A program made the position numbers and the translations under genes. This document shows positions 36,701-49,711 of a stretch of DNA of 64,000 bases, one piece after another. Source of the DNA: Phoronis australis (taxonomy: Eukaryota > Animalia > Phoronida); NCBI GenBank assembly GCA_002633005.1, contig NMRA01000109.1, forward strand, positions 148,971 to 212,970, given 5' to 3'. How positions within the stretch are numbered: position 1 is the first letter of the stretch; each line of letters begins with the position of its first letter. The notes beneath the pieces are model-generated. The model was not told the origin of the DNA. It was given only the letters and a program-made list of their open reading frames with translations, and ran no database searches.

Positions 36701-38100
36701 ACATAGCACTTGATTCATCCATATACTTAATACTGTCATCTGCAAAGAAGTCTGGCCTGTTACGCGTACGAGCATTAAAATCGCCCATTATTTATAGGTG
36801 ACAATCCCCCCTCATTTCAGCAGTATAACCTTGTACCTCCCGCTCAACTATTTTCATTATTTCCAAAATTTTACTTGACATTTTTGGAGACTGATACAGA
36901 ACTGCAACTAAAACAAGATACAGATAATCGGGTAGGTCATTTTTTATCCGTAAAACGTCACACGAACTTGAAGGAAGCCTAATAGCCCCCAATACATCCT
37001 TACAAAATAACACTACATGTACACCACCAGAATTCCGAAATGCTTGAGGGTGTTTATTTCTCACCAAAACACTGCTACCCTTCCAATTTAAACTCATCTT
37101 CATTCATTCCCCATAGTTCAACAAAAGCGATAATATCATGTGCACATATCATATTTACAAAATCAGTTATCTGTATTTTATGCTATAGCCCTTCGATATT
37201 CCAACACATAAATTTCCATGACGAGTTTTATTGCTGGCCTTGGCCCAACCTCTAGTGCTGGTCCGACTGAGCTTCAGACGAGCTGGCCATGTGGAAAACC
37301 TGATCTTCATGTTGAACAGCGGCTTCCGTTCGGGTTAATGGGTGGCGTGGATCAGCGTTAGTCGTGCGGTGTTTGATTTTTACCATATCGTTCTGTTCGT
37401 CGTACAAAAACACCTTGCCATTATGGATCAGCTTGTTAAAGCTGATTTTGGCGTTTTCCATTCTCTTTGATTGTGAGAATTCGTACAGCTTTCTCCTTGC
37501 CTTTATAACCCGGATTGAGAAGTCTTCTGTTAGGAATATCTTGGGGTCCCTCACTTCTCTTCGTTTAATCATTATTTGTTGGTTATCTTTTGAATTCAGG
37601 TTTGCTATGATGGGCCGCACTTTCCCTTGGGTTCTACGGCCCAGTTTGTGAACTCGCTCGATGTTTATATCTTCAATGTTCAGCTGCTCCTTGAGAAACT
37701 CTTCAAGTTGATTTCCCGATTCTTCCCAGGTTTCATTACCATTTTCAACATTGCCATGGAATATAAGGTTATCTCGTCTGGATCGATTCTCTAAATCATG
37801 TACCTTTTCTTCCAGTGATTTGACCTGATCACGAAAGATAGAGTTCTCTTCCCTTGACTTGGCATACTCACGTCTGAGAGACTCAAAATCGTTGGACAGT
37901 TTTTCGAACTTGTCGTTTATTTTCTCAAATAGTTGACGAGTACTCTTCGGGCTCGTCTCACTTCTAGGCATTTAGGACGAAATGCTGAGAATCACTGACC
38001 TGTCACTGGCTAAAGGTGTTGTTGTCTTCCTAGACCCAAGCATTATCGCTAATATTACGTAAGTAGGCCAATTAATGGCGGACAGGGTGCAATTATTCAT
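33775..38100 (-). mobile_element. Decayed full-length LINE related to 15088-19560
   Basis: ORF2 is broken into fragments (CWNIEGL, ENFRGISL, QAAFRKGHSTVD, DFKAAYD, GLKQGSQLSP, LFADD, YCCEIWG). AATAAA and an AT-rich tail lie near 33775-33790. Confidence 0.92.
37252..37971 (-). CDS. LINE ORF1 of the decayed copy (239 aa open frame)
   Basis: DLENRSRRDNLIFHG, IERVHKLG, RPIIA and EDFS; homologous to 18723-19478. Confidence 0.8.
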   Translation of the reverse strand: MPRSETSPKSTRQLFEKINDKFEKLSNDFESLRREYAKSREENSIFRDQVKSLEEKVHDLENRSRRDNLIFHGNVENGNETWEESGNQLEEFLKEQLNIEDINIERVHKLGRRTQGKVRPIIANLNSKDNQQIMIKRREVRDPKIFLTEDFSIRVIKARRKLYEFSQSKRMENAKISFNKLIHNGKVFLYDEQNDMVKIKHRTTNADPRHPLTRTEAAVQHEDQVFHMASSSEAQSDQH

Positions 38101-39094
38101 TCTGCCTCAGGTGCTCTACACACATACTAAATATTCACTTCTGAAGTGAGTATCACACAATTTGTCAGCCTCCACGAGGTCACTGTGTTTATCTCTCTCA
38201 ACCACACCACAAATTTGATGAAAATAGTTTTACTTGTTCAGTCAAAAGAATCAATTTTCGAGACACAATTCTCACCTGGAGGCCTATAATGCGACACCTA
38301 CCGGTTCATTTATGATCGAGCAGAATCCAATCTTCCCGCGACTGAACATTCAAAATTTATAAATCCGTAACCACGAAATAAAACAACTAATTTCTTTGTA
38401 AACTCTGTTCAGTTGTCGGGTTTTTACATTGATGATGAATTTAAGCGATAAGGTGACACCACTAAGCGCCTTTTGAAGTGCTGAGCAGAGTGTTAGAACC
38501 TGTGACGCCATTAGTTTATTTCAGCATCTCCGTCTGCCGTCTGGTGTCAGGTCAAAGAAATTAACTTGCTGTTATCGAGTGAAGCTACTTAATCTAAATT
38601 GATACAAACCCGCTGTTTTTGGTGGCATTCTACTTTAAAGTTAACACTGCTTCACAATTCTCGATTTTAGAACTTAAAGGGTTTATCGTCCGTGATATTT
38701 AAATTAATGACTCAGAATGTCTAATTGGTCCAGCTCAAACAAGCGCATGGACATTCCGGTTGGACAAGCTTTGTTAAGTTGAGTGAGGATGTTGGACTAA
38801 TGGACTCAACATATTTTGACAACTGGAACAGGTGATATTTATTGCGGTTTCATTGTTTCCATAATCGAGTTGAAGTAATTACCCTACATGCCACCGGTTG
38901 TCATACAATGTGTCTTTTTCTGACGTGAAGAATGTGTCCAATGTTGATTCGGTACACATTCTTATTACAAACAGGAGGTTCCTGGAATTACCGAACAGCG
39001 CACTTGTCGTTATGCCAATACTACAGTCCCATATTACACCTATATATTTACAGATCCTTAGCAGAATAATTTATTGTTAACCTGTTATTTACAG

Positions 39095-39118
39095 TTGATC
39101 AAAAGGGATCTTCCGCGG
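39095..39118 (+). CDS. 24-nt phase-1 micro-exon (VDQKGSSA)
   Basis: ctgttatttacag|TTGATCAAAAGGGATCTTCCGCGG|gtgagt, inside a cassette homologous to 24650-25560. Confidence 0.8.
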
Positions 39119-39554
39119 GTGAGTACATAGTAAACAACTGATTCTCACTAAAAACCCCAAATGCAAAGAGAGATTTTATCAATGTCAACTTGCATTATTA
39201 TCAAATTCAACTGATTTCCGCATAATACTTTCTGAGCTTAGGAATCACAACATACCAACATTTTCAAATTATTGAAATCATACAATTCTAAGCGTGAGCA
39301 TTGTGAATAAAACAATTAACCAGAGCAAACATATTTTACTTAGCGAAACATCAGTGTGGAAAAATATTTACTTAATCAGCACCTCGAGGGTGAACGAGAA
39401 AGAAGTAATTACACGCAGTATGTACATGTAAACATGTGTACATGTATTCTTCTTTTCGTTCCTTCCCAGTCGATGCACACTCTCAATGTTACCACATTTC
39501 TTCCATCTGTTGACAAGAAGTCTAAAACTGAAGAAGTGCACTTGGTCACAACAA

Positions 39555-42500
39555 TATAGTTGTTTATTTTATATGTTCTATGTTTGTCGTTTGTTCCATT
39601 TACATATACACTTTGCTTTATTGATGATAAGAACATGTATAAGAAACTAGTACCCTTTTTCCGGATTTAAATCTTGGAATATTTATAGGTAAGACTGTAG
39701 CCCGGTGTGCAAGCGACTGCACAATGATGACTGTGCTTATGTGTTGCTTTTGTGCTATTTTGTATCGATTTCTGTCTTTTCACTTGTTTTTAGAAACATT
39801 AATTGTTTTAAGAGATAGCCCAATCGGTTTGGGAGATTTGTGGGTCATTACCTTGGTGTTGAATATTTGACTTTGGGTGTATTTCTTCAGTATTCATCAT
39901 TATGTGGTAGAGGAAGTGTTTCGGTCTGTCTCAGGTTAGTTTGCATTTACTCTACATTATCGTGTTTTAACTCGTAGTCTCGATATAGTCGTGTAGTATG
40001 GTTGATAATCGCGAGTGTATGTAGCCTAGTACGTGTTATTATAGAAAGTCAGCGACCATTCATTGTGACTATGCTTTGCCATGTTGTATTCCGCCATATT
40101 TATAGTCGTTGGTGGCTCTCTTGTGTATTGTAATGTTTTTCGTTTTCTTCTATTACGGTGTCAAACAGTTGCATTGATAGTACATGTATCTTCAGTCCAA
40201 TAGTCATATTGAACTGGTACGTGTGATATAAAAAGTTATTCATTTTGTGTACATATTTGTCTAGATATTACATAAGTTAAATGTAATTAACGTAATGAAA
40301 AATTATAGATTGTGACATTGTATTGCAATAATTGCACTGTGTTGTTTGCGTATTATGTTTTAAATTTATTAGTAGGGTGTTTAAATCTACCACAGCAGAA
40401 CCTGTTACACCTTTCGAAGAAGGAGATAGAAAACATGGTCGCTGGTTTCGAAGATATGGGAATGAAGCCAAAGGCCGCATCAACATGTGACATTACATCA
40501 TGGTTTACTGACTTGCTTAAAGTGGACAGGTATTTCTTAACCAGAGTCATGAGCATTTCTCCAGTTTCTCTGGGGAGAAGAAACAAAATTCTACTTACAA
40601 TTTTTGCTGTTTTCAAGTCGGTTATCTTAGGAAATTATCAAAAGTGGAGCAAGTAATGCTTGTAGTACGTCGATCGTTACGGGGCAAAGCGAAGAGAGTG
40701 ATGATGAAACTGCCTCCGGCCCTGAAAGAACTTTAAGTGGATCTTGCGTACTAATTCAAACTAGAAACACAATATATAGCAATAGATATTGAATGTGCAG
40801 ACGTTATTAAGGTTCCTTAGCTATGATATCCTGAAGTTACGATTGGTGTCAAATGTCTACGTGAGTTAATGTGCTTACTGTTTCTTGTTCCCGGTACGTC
40901 ATATAATACTGCATTTCCCATTTTGATAGGAAATAATCGCCTTATAAACTGATGCATGATTGTCTTAAGTGGTTTGGGTACGCTTCTTGCACAAAACATT
41001 TCCAGTGCACGCTGTTTACCCCTGAAAGGTCATCAGCTCGAAATGAATGTTTACCGTTTTGGACTCGTCAGATGTGGAGAATGCAAGACTGCCATCGTGC
41101 TCTCCAACCAACAAGTGGCCGTAAAGTGTTATGTCGACGGGTAAACTCCCGCCATGCTACTACGGCCAACATGCAAGCGTTGGAAAGATCTTTGTTGAGC
41201 TCTGACTTGGAAGTTACTCCGGCGCTAGTTGATCGCTCTTGTGATAAATGTAGAAGTTTTGTCGACTTTGATATATATAACCTTACTGAGACACCAATAT
41301 TTGATAGCCTCAAGCCTGAGCTGCAACCAGTTGCTGTGGAGAACGTGCTCAACTCTAGTTTGGTTTACAGAGATAGAGGTGGTTGGTTAGATAAATTAGC
41401 ATTTATGACAAATGTTCATCTGAACTACGCCATTGTGTGTGCAGACGTTGGATCGTTGGGAAGTTGAATTTTTACATAACGACAAGGATGTACTGATAAA
41501 GGCCGAACATCAGCAGTGAAACATAACTTATTTGATAAATCTCTTTTTAAGTGGCAGTGTCGTAGATTTATGATAAATGAAGAGTCGTCCTCTTCAGCTC
41601 TTGGGGAGAGGGGAGGGAGGGGAGAGGGGGGAGGGAGGGGGGAGGGGAATGGGGGTTTGCTGGTTATTTTCGCAAATTTGACAGGAACTTCGCGCAGATT
41701 ACTCGCAACTCTATGATCTCATGACAGCTGAAAAATAGAAGTCGACGGTGAAGTCCAGCGAAACAAAAATTAGAAAACGGGAACAGGATCAGGAAGAGTC
41801 TTTTGAAATTGAAAGAGGAATTGTGTTCACCTGCCGTGTTTGGTTATCCGAACATTTGAGTTCCACACTCATGCTAGCCGGTTACTACCTTTGTGTAGCA
41901 AGTTCACCATGGTTAATAACAATAAAAAATTAACCATTTAACATGCGTTCACTTAGTAGTGTCAAGAGAGACACTACAGGGCATCTGTGGTGGATGTTAT
42001 GGCTGTGTGCCTTTGAAATCGTTTACCGTCAAGACAGGCAGAATACAGTTGCTGTTGTCAAGACGGCCCGGTGTGTGTAGAGAGTCATAGGTTATCCACT
42101 GGGTCAATCAAACTTGTTTGAAATCAATGTTCATTTTATCCCGCAGCTGAGTGTGTCTGTCTGCTTGTGGCTTGGGGAGAAACTGCTGTCGACAGCAACA
42201 CGGCAGATGGGATTGAGGGTACATGTATGTCTGCTCGAGATTCGCAACAAGCTCAAATCAATGAAAAAATAGATGGGGCTGATGAGAATTGGTTACAAGC
42301 CTCGACGAAGTCAGCTTGCAGTTGTTGAACATGATTTGACGTGTTTTGGTAGCCTGATTTGTCTCCAAGTAATTCGCTAGAGGTTGCAGTTATTGTCACC
42401 TAGATAGTTGCAGTTTCTAAACAATGAATGTGGTAATTCAGACTGAGATCGTACTTTGACATTGATAAAAAGGTAGATCTTACCTTCTAGCACTGACTCG

Positions 42501-45393
42501 ACCTGTTGATAATTATGCTGTAGTTGGTATGTATATGCCATCTTACATTGGAATCGTCGAAGGGTGGATTTCAAAACATTCTAATGGTTACGGATCATGT
42601 CACCAGCCGAAGCGACACCAACATTAAATCAAACATAAACAATGATGAAGCGTTCTTTAATAACTTTGTGATGCATTATTGGTTGCCTAAATGGATGCAC
42701 TCTGATCAAGGCGCTAAATTTGAGAACACTTTGACAAGGATGTATGTCATTTTAGTTTTATTCTTAAATCTGGTTCTTTTAATAAGCCGGTTCCTTCCAG
42801 TGGTTTCAGTAGCATTTGTATAGTCTAACAGTAGCTTGACCAGCCGGCTATTATTACGTATTAGCCTCTGTATGTTACGCGGGTGTTTGGCGACGAGCCT
42901 TTCACGAGTTTACAGACATTCGTTGACAAGATCTGTAAAGGGAATCATGTGTTTTCCTCGGATGCTGGAATTTTTAGATCAAGCACAGACTATCGGCCAA
43001 ACTGATGTAAGTTCTGAGTATTACGGCATAGCATGTTGTACTCGTGTGTATCTACTAGCTAAGTTTAGAGCGTACTTGTGTATGGTGTGGGTCAACGTGT
43101 AGTTTAATTCAGCTGCTTGTTTGGTGTATATGTTGCGCGGTACCCGGTGCCCCGGTGCATAGGATTAATAGTTACGGGTAGCAGTTAGGCAGTTGTTGTG
43201 TATGGTAATGGTTCCCAGTTGTAGAATAGATAGTATGGGTTCCAGTGCATTGTGTATTGTTAGCGAGGTAGTATTTGTTAGGCCTGTAATCTGGAGTCAT
43301 TATTGCGAGTCTTTCTAACGATCTGATGTATAGTGCTTGTTAATTAATTACGCTTGCTTGCAGATAACCGCTTGTTCGGTTTCTCCTTTTCAACGCTTGT
43401 TCGGTTTCATATTTTCAACGCTTCTTCAGTATCTATTCTTCAACGCTTCTTTGGTATCACTTTCAACGCATGTTCGGACACTTTTCTGCATTGTCTGTAA
43501 CCATATCGTTTGCCAATGCTGCACTGAATAAAGTGTGTTATGCAAACGGCGTCTCCAGTTATATTTTCAACTCATCCCTGTAGCCAGAAGCGGCTACACG
43601 GCGTGTGCTCCATTTTATTTAATGATGGGTACATAGCATGGATTGCCAATAGACTTAGCATTTGGCTTGGTCAGAACGAAGTATGTGAACCCCATGAAAA
43701 CACGTTTCTGGAGGTTTGTGACCTAGCGCGAAACAAAATTGTGAAGATCCGTCGGAGAATGAAGGGTCACTATGATTTGTCAGTTCATGTGGCTGTGCTT
43801 GAGCCTGGCGATCCTGTTCTCGTGCTGGTAGTAGCTTTTGATGGTAAGCATAAAACTGATGATAGATGGAATTAATGTGTTTATGCTGTAAAAATCAGCC
43901 AAATGGCGATATTCCAGTGTTTGTTGTGTTCAGAGAAGGTTTGCCGGTTGTGAGCGAACTCGACGTCGTGACCTTTTGCTTCATGTTGGTTCACTGATAA
44001 CGGATCGCGGCGAAGCTAGTCGCAGTCTCCGACCAAAGCCAACTCCAACGTGGAGTCGTTGATATTTGGTGTAGAACGAGGTTGTCAGGAATCGTCAAAG
44101 AACCCCTGGAAGGAACCTATGTAAGTGGGGTGTGTTATGGGAACTGGTGCTATAGTCTCGAACTGTGAAGTTCAGACGTCTGACAGTGATGTTCTGGAAG
44201 GGCCCAATTCTTTGTGTGAATGACAAGCCTGTTTCTAATGTCGAGGATCCTGCTTTTGGTTCTCCAAATACATTGCCTTAGTCCATGTTGTGCAGTGTCG
44301 GAGATGTCCGCGTATTAGAAGGAAAGTAATCTGGCAGACAAATTATGATCATAGATAAGACTGCTGTTTCGACTTGGCTTCTCAAATTTGGGTTTTATAG
44401 TCTGTGGTACAACCGCGTTTTAAGAAAAATGGAGTGGTGTGGAGGTGTGCTCTACATCTTAGAAATTGATCGATGACGAAGATGTCATTTCAGTCGAACG
44501 GGAGTATGTGAAAGTCGTATGTTCTTTGTCCTATGCTCTATGTGTTCTTTGTTTGTATTGTGTTCTATTTATAACGTTTGGTTTGCTTTAATGATAAAAA
44601 TTATGAAAAGCATTTCTGTTTTTCCAGATTAAAATCTTGATTGATTGTTTATGGGTACGGCTGTAGCTTGGTGTACTAGCCACTCCACCACGAAGACTGT
44701 GTGCTTCTGTACTGTTTCTGTGATATTATATGTAACTACTTTGGTCTTTTCGCTTGTTACTGGACACAGCAATTGCTTTGAGAGGTGAACCAGTGAGTTT
44801 GGAAGACAAGCAGGAAGATTGCCTTTCAATTCAAGAGTTGACCTGGGATAAATTAATTTAGTATTCATTAGTAGTTGTTGTAGGAAGTGTTTCAGTCTGC
44901 CTCAGCTTAGTCTGCATTTATTCTATATCACTACGTTTTTACTCGTACAGTAGCCTTGACACAGTCTTGTACTGGGTTTGATAATCGTTCAGGTATGCAT
45001 TTTTTGTGGAACATTCACCGCCGGCTAGCATTTAGTATGAACATGCTTTGTCGTGTTGTTTATCGCGATGTTTTTCGGCGTTGGCTGGTCTGTTATGTAT
45101 GTATTGCAATGTTCTTCTTTTCCTTTTGTTACAGTTTCATTTATAGTACATGTAGATTCAATCCAGTGTTTATCCTTACTCAAGTCAAATTGAGCTGGTA
45201 CATGTGATTAGGTTTCATGATATAAATTGTTATTCATGTTGTATGCATGTTTATTTAGATAACACATAAGTTAAATGTAATTAACTTAATGTAAAAGTTT
45301 AGAATGTGTTATTCATGTATTGCAATAACTGTACTGTACTGTCTGTGCGTGTTAATGTGTTTAACTTTAATTGCAGGGTGTTTAATTTCTTCA
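39555..45393 (+). mobile_element. Old Ty3/Gypsy element with two diverged ~0.85-kb LTRs
   Basis: Direct repeats at about 39555-40392 and 44507-45393 (aggaagtgtttc.gtctg.ctcag; cataagttaaatgtaattaac). Integrase core SKGGFQNILMVTDH..HSDQGAKFE at 42550-42730 and C-terminal HYD..LEPGDPVLV..GKHKTDDRW at 43760-43875. Confidence 0.82.
42745..43598 (+). mobile_element. Probable solo LTR or other insertion splitting the Gypsy integrase
   Basis: Integrase homology stops near 42740 and resumes near 43600. The insert begins TGT, ends ACA, has AATAAA near 43527 and short tcaacgctt repeats. No TSD was recognised. Confidence 0.5.
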
Positions 45394-47634
45394 ACGAGGA
45401 TAAACATTCTAACCTTAACATCGAATTTGCCTCGCCCGAATAAATTCATACTCAAAACGTACCCAGAGTGACATGCATGAAGTAATATCCCACAAGACAT
45501 TATTCCGCGTATCGACCGAGACCGAACGAATTCCTAAGTTTCTAACATTTTTTCGCAGATTTTTAAATACTTCACCAAGACTGTTCACACGGCCGATCAC
45601 ATCCTATATGTGTGTACTTGCTCGTTAGGTTGCAAGTTTTCTCTAGTAAAAGAAACAATTTTAAAACTAGGGATTTATTTCTTGAAAAGAGGTAACAAAG
45701 ATGAAAACACTGGCAAATGCGCGGTGAAATTGTAACACCTTCTGGATATAGTTAAAAAACAACAATATTTGATATTGTATTTTCCTAGGAATCGGCGCCT
45801 GAGTTGCAGACGATATAGTATTCAGCAATTGAAAACTGAGATTTTACGCCTAGGGACTAATTGCATGTCGAATGCTAGTTACACTGCTGCAACTGTATTA
45901 CTTTAAATTATATTTGGAAAGTTTGATGATCGAACCGGCTGAAGAAGTCGAGTCGACATTGACCTACCTTTTGAACTTTCCCTGTCAGAGGTCATTGTTG
46001 AGGTAGTGCGGAGGTGAAAACGGAAAACTTTATTGCATGGCAGTATTTCCTCGACAGATTCAACGCGTATGGGATAAAAATACATACATTTGCGATAGCC
46101 CCTTAGACAACGAGTTGAAATGAACCGTACTTGTCGATTTTTCTGCACTTGATGAAGGGCGAATCTCTGTAAGGCACACGATATTTGCGTTAATGTCTCG
46201 CAATGTTTTTCCATTTCGTGAATGTCTACTTGGTTCAGCTTGAACATGGATATGGACATTACTGTTTCATTGGCTGTGCATCAGAGGGGGCTGGGGTATA
46301 CCCCCAATTTTTCAGCGCTGCACGGCCCATGGACATGTGCGGCGCGTACCATAGCGGCTGGGGGCTGTAGCCCCTCCGCCCCACTTATTTCAGTGCTGTG
46401 CTGCCCATGCGTTGCGATTTTTTTGGGATATGTCTCTTGTCAATTTTTCAAATGTCAATAAGCATTACCCCAATAATCTTAAAAAATAACGCAAATAGTA
46501 CGTGTTAGATCTGGCTGCTTGAAGCCGCAAATGTCAACGCTTTATATAGTAAACGTGATCAAATTTTACCGTTTACATCGGAATTTCCTCTAGTTCTACG
46601 CAAATATAGGACAAGGCCACGTGTCAGGTCAAGGCAAATCCAAATGTAGCAGAACTTTGAGCGTTGGTATTAACGAATCTTGAACTACCAACCGAGGCGC
46701 TAAAATCGACAATGCCCTCAAAGTCGTTAAGTCCAGCGACATCTAGCGTTTAAGTTTTCAGCGTTAGTCTGCTTACGATTGTCAAAAGAGTATCGGGACA
46801 CGTAGCTATTCAAAATGCAAACAGACGCAGTAAGTTAAGAGTTTGTTTCCAAAAACGATACTTCCAACAGCATATTTTACTAATGCAGCTTTTGCGTATT
46901 TTTAAAGCATATATTCGAACCCAACAATCGTTCAGATTGGATAGAAAACGCAATGCAAGAATTGCTTAAGCAATGTATCAAAATGTTCCAGGGTCGACCG
47001 ACTTGTAAGGCCAAAGGAACAAAGCACAGGGGCATACTTCATTCTAGTTCCTTAACGTTTTTTAAAGTACGCTAACTGACAAAAGATGTTCTGTACACAT
47101 ACATGTATGTCCTTCGAAACTCAAAAATGTACAATTTCCACAAATCCTTATGCATTTCTACTCTGTATTTTTTACTTGCTAATGGAGAAACATGGAAAAA
47201 ACAAACTATGCAAGCAAATATGAACACAAAATAAGAATGAAACAGATCGCAATAACATTTATTCATCATAAAAAACTTTAAAATCCACCACAGAAAGCTG
47301 AGACAGTATGATGTAGGTAATTTACTTGAGGCATACAATAAAATAGGTGAGGATGGCATGTCTTTGTCATTTCAGCATCAGCCATTTAAGACAATGATAT
47401 TTTAATGTTTGGAAGAAATTTTAATCAAAGCAAAGTGAGATCAATGTTTTTGAGATCTTGTTGCACACTTGTCGTTTGATATCTCACAAGTTGTACTTAG
47501 TAGTAAAAGGCCTTATTTCCTTTGAAGAGGTTGCACATTACCGTTACATTCTTAACCATGCGCCTTCAATTTTGGTATTTAAATGACTCTTACAAATAAT
47601 TATTGTTAAGTTGTCACCATGTCGTAGATTTTAA

Positions 47635-49080
47635 GTCTGCTTTGCTTTCCTAGATCTCCGGAGATCTCTCGCTGGAACGTTGACTGTGATGAGTCTCGGA
47701 AACTCTGGTAATGTGAAATCCCGAAACTGCCTCTATAATGTCGTTCCAGAACGGGAGTTAACACCATGACCCTGTATCCCAAAAATGTTATGAATACATC
47801 TTAATAGATTTAATAGCCTTTAGTATACTTGTTGCTAAGAAAAAAATATTTTTCTGTTATCGGGGTTGTACATGTACGTATTGGGTGGAAGACCGTTTCC
47901 GCCGATGTTGTTTTTACCATTGCGATACTGAGGAGCTGTGACAAAAGTCCGCAAAGTGCCGCCTTTTTCAGACACGAAAAGGTGCGTGTTTGGAGGATGT
48001 AGTAACACCAACTTGACTGAGAACGTCTTTTTGTTCAAAGTTCCAAAATACGTGAAAGTTACACAGAAGTGGTATCGGTTTATGCCGCACCGGAGTGACG
48101 TGGAATGTCATAGTGTGGAACATGAGAGTCGGGAGCCAATTTTTAGTCGGCACATGTCACGGAATCGTGTTTCTACCAAACACAAAAAGGGCGTTGCGAT
48201 GAAGGACTTGTCACCTTGTTTGTAAATTTTATAAATAACGATCAAACTGCTTCCATTCTAGGCCAATTGATGCCAGGTCTTCGACCCCGGCCACCATCGA
48301 GTGATGCGACACGTAGGCCTTGTGTTTACACCGTGCCCCAGGTTTACTGTAGCCTTTGTTACTGATTATTAGGTTCTATTCTGTGAATATTGGTCGCCCT
48401 TTCATTCAGTTGGTTGTGGCTTACATATGTTTGCAGCATTTCTGGTACAAGTGGGCCTAGTTCATACGGCCTCAAAGCTGACGAAAGTTCGCCAATTGGC
48501 AAATCGAATTCATTGTTTGATTCCTAAAGTACTTCAGTGTGATGCCCGTATCCGCTCTCCTCTATGTCTAGATAATTACTGTCCAGTTATTGCTCAAAAT
48601 GGTCCTCGTATTCTGATCTGCTATATTCCGCCATTGCAATTGATTTTCAAGTGACCAAACGTCTTCCAACCATTACATCATTTTGCTGAAAACTTGGAAC
48701 TAACTAAGTTTTCTTCACAATTTAAACAATCGCGTCTATTTGGAAAAAATATTTTGTTTATTTTGTGGTACTCGTATCAAATCAGCTAACTGAAACCTCA
48801 AAAACTAAGAAAATGCATGGTGGGAGCTCTTTAAATGTGGCGCCACCTAGTTTGTTGAGAGAAGGCTGTAGACCTGCGATAGGGTGCAATGTATATCACA
48901 GCCTTAGTCTTTTCCCAACAAACTAGTTGGCGTCAAATTTAAATTGTCCTCGTCCTGGAACGAAGGGATAGGTTCATTTTCGAGATCCCACGTGATCTGA
49001 GTTCACGGGACTCATCACCGTCAACATCCAATCGAAGTAGACGGGAGATCTATGAAGATCTAGGAAAGCAACAAAGTAGT
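47635..49080. mobile_element. Palindromic MITE with a nested THAP-bearing Kolobok-like remnant (about 47762-48830)
   Basis: Inverted arms of ~120 bp: ttgctttcctagatct...cgttccag / ctggaacg...agatctaggaaagcaa. The inner segment is bounded by ttaa-caccatg and catggtgggagctct-ttaa and encodes KRCVFGGCSN..LFKVPK....KW (THAP start). Confidence 0.7.
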
Positions 49081-49699
49081 CCAGCAGACCAGTTTTAAAT
49101 TTATTATCGAGAACATTCCTGGATGGCTCAAGGTTTACACTTTATTTATACTATCTTAACCAAATTTGCAAATTTCAGTACCAAGTATCAATTCAATATC
49201 AATTAACAAACAACGTACATGTAAACTACAATGTATGGACAGGGAGCGGCTTTTATTTACTCGGCTTGTATTACTCGGGGCATTATTATGGGTGACACGT
49301 TTCGAATTGTAAAAGCCAAAATATACGCGAAACTCGTGCACATGACTAACATTACGTTTGACTCATATAAGGAGGATTTTTTTATAAATGACGAAAAGGT
49401 CAGACTTACATATTTATACATCGTGCTTGCAAAGATAATAATGTTGACAACTTGAAGCGCGTCTTTTTGCGAATGAGCGACCGGGTAAAGAAGTAACTCA
49501 ACATTCTTGGCCTTATCACCGACCGATCCGCTTTGGAATGCACGAATGCTTGCAGACAAAATAATTTACATAGACTGAGTAACAACTAATTCACAAAATT
49601 CACCATACAGTCTGATAAGTCCCTAGCGGGCACATGCGGTAAGACGTAAGGTGTATCTAATTAAGCATGTGATGTTAACATCTTGTGAACGTTATACAG

Positions 49700-49711
49700 G
49701 TACTGACAAGG
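49700..49711 (+). CDS. Candidate 12-nt phase-1 micro-exon (GTDK)
   Basis: gttatacag|GTACTGACAAGG|gtaaat. It has the same GTACT start and AAGG end as the 24-nt exons. Confidence 0.62.

Noticed and set aside
41602-41656. G-rich purine tract with G-quadruplex potential
   Set aside because: Simple low-complexity run inside a decayed LTR element, with no evidence of function.
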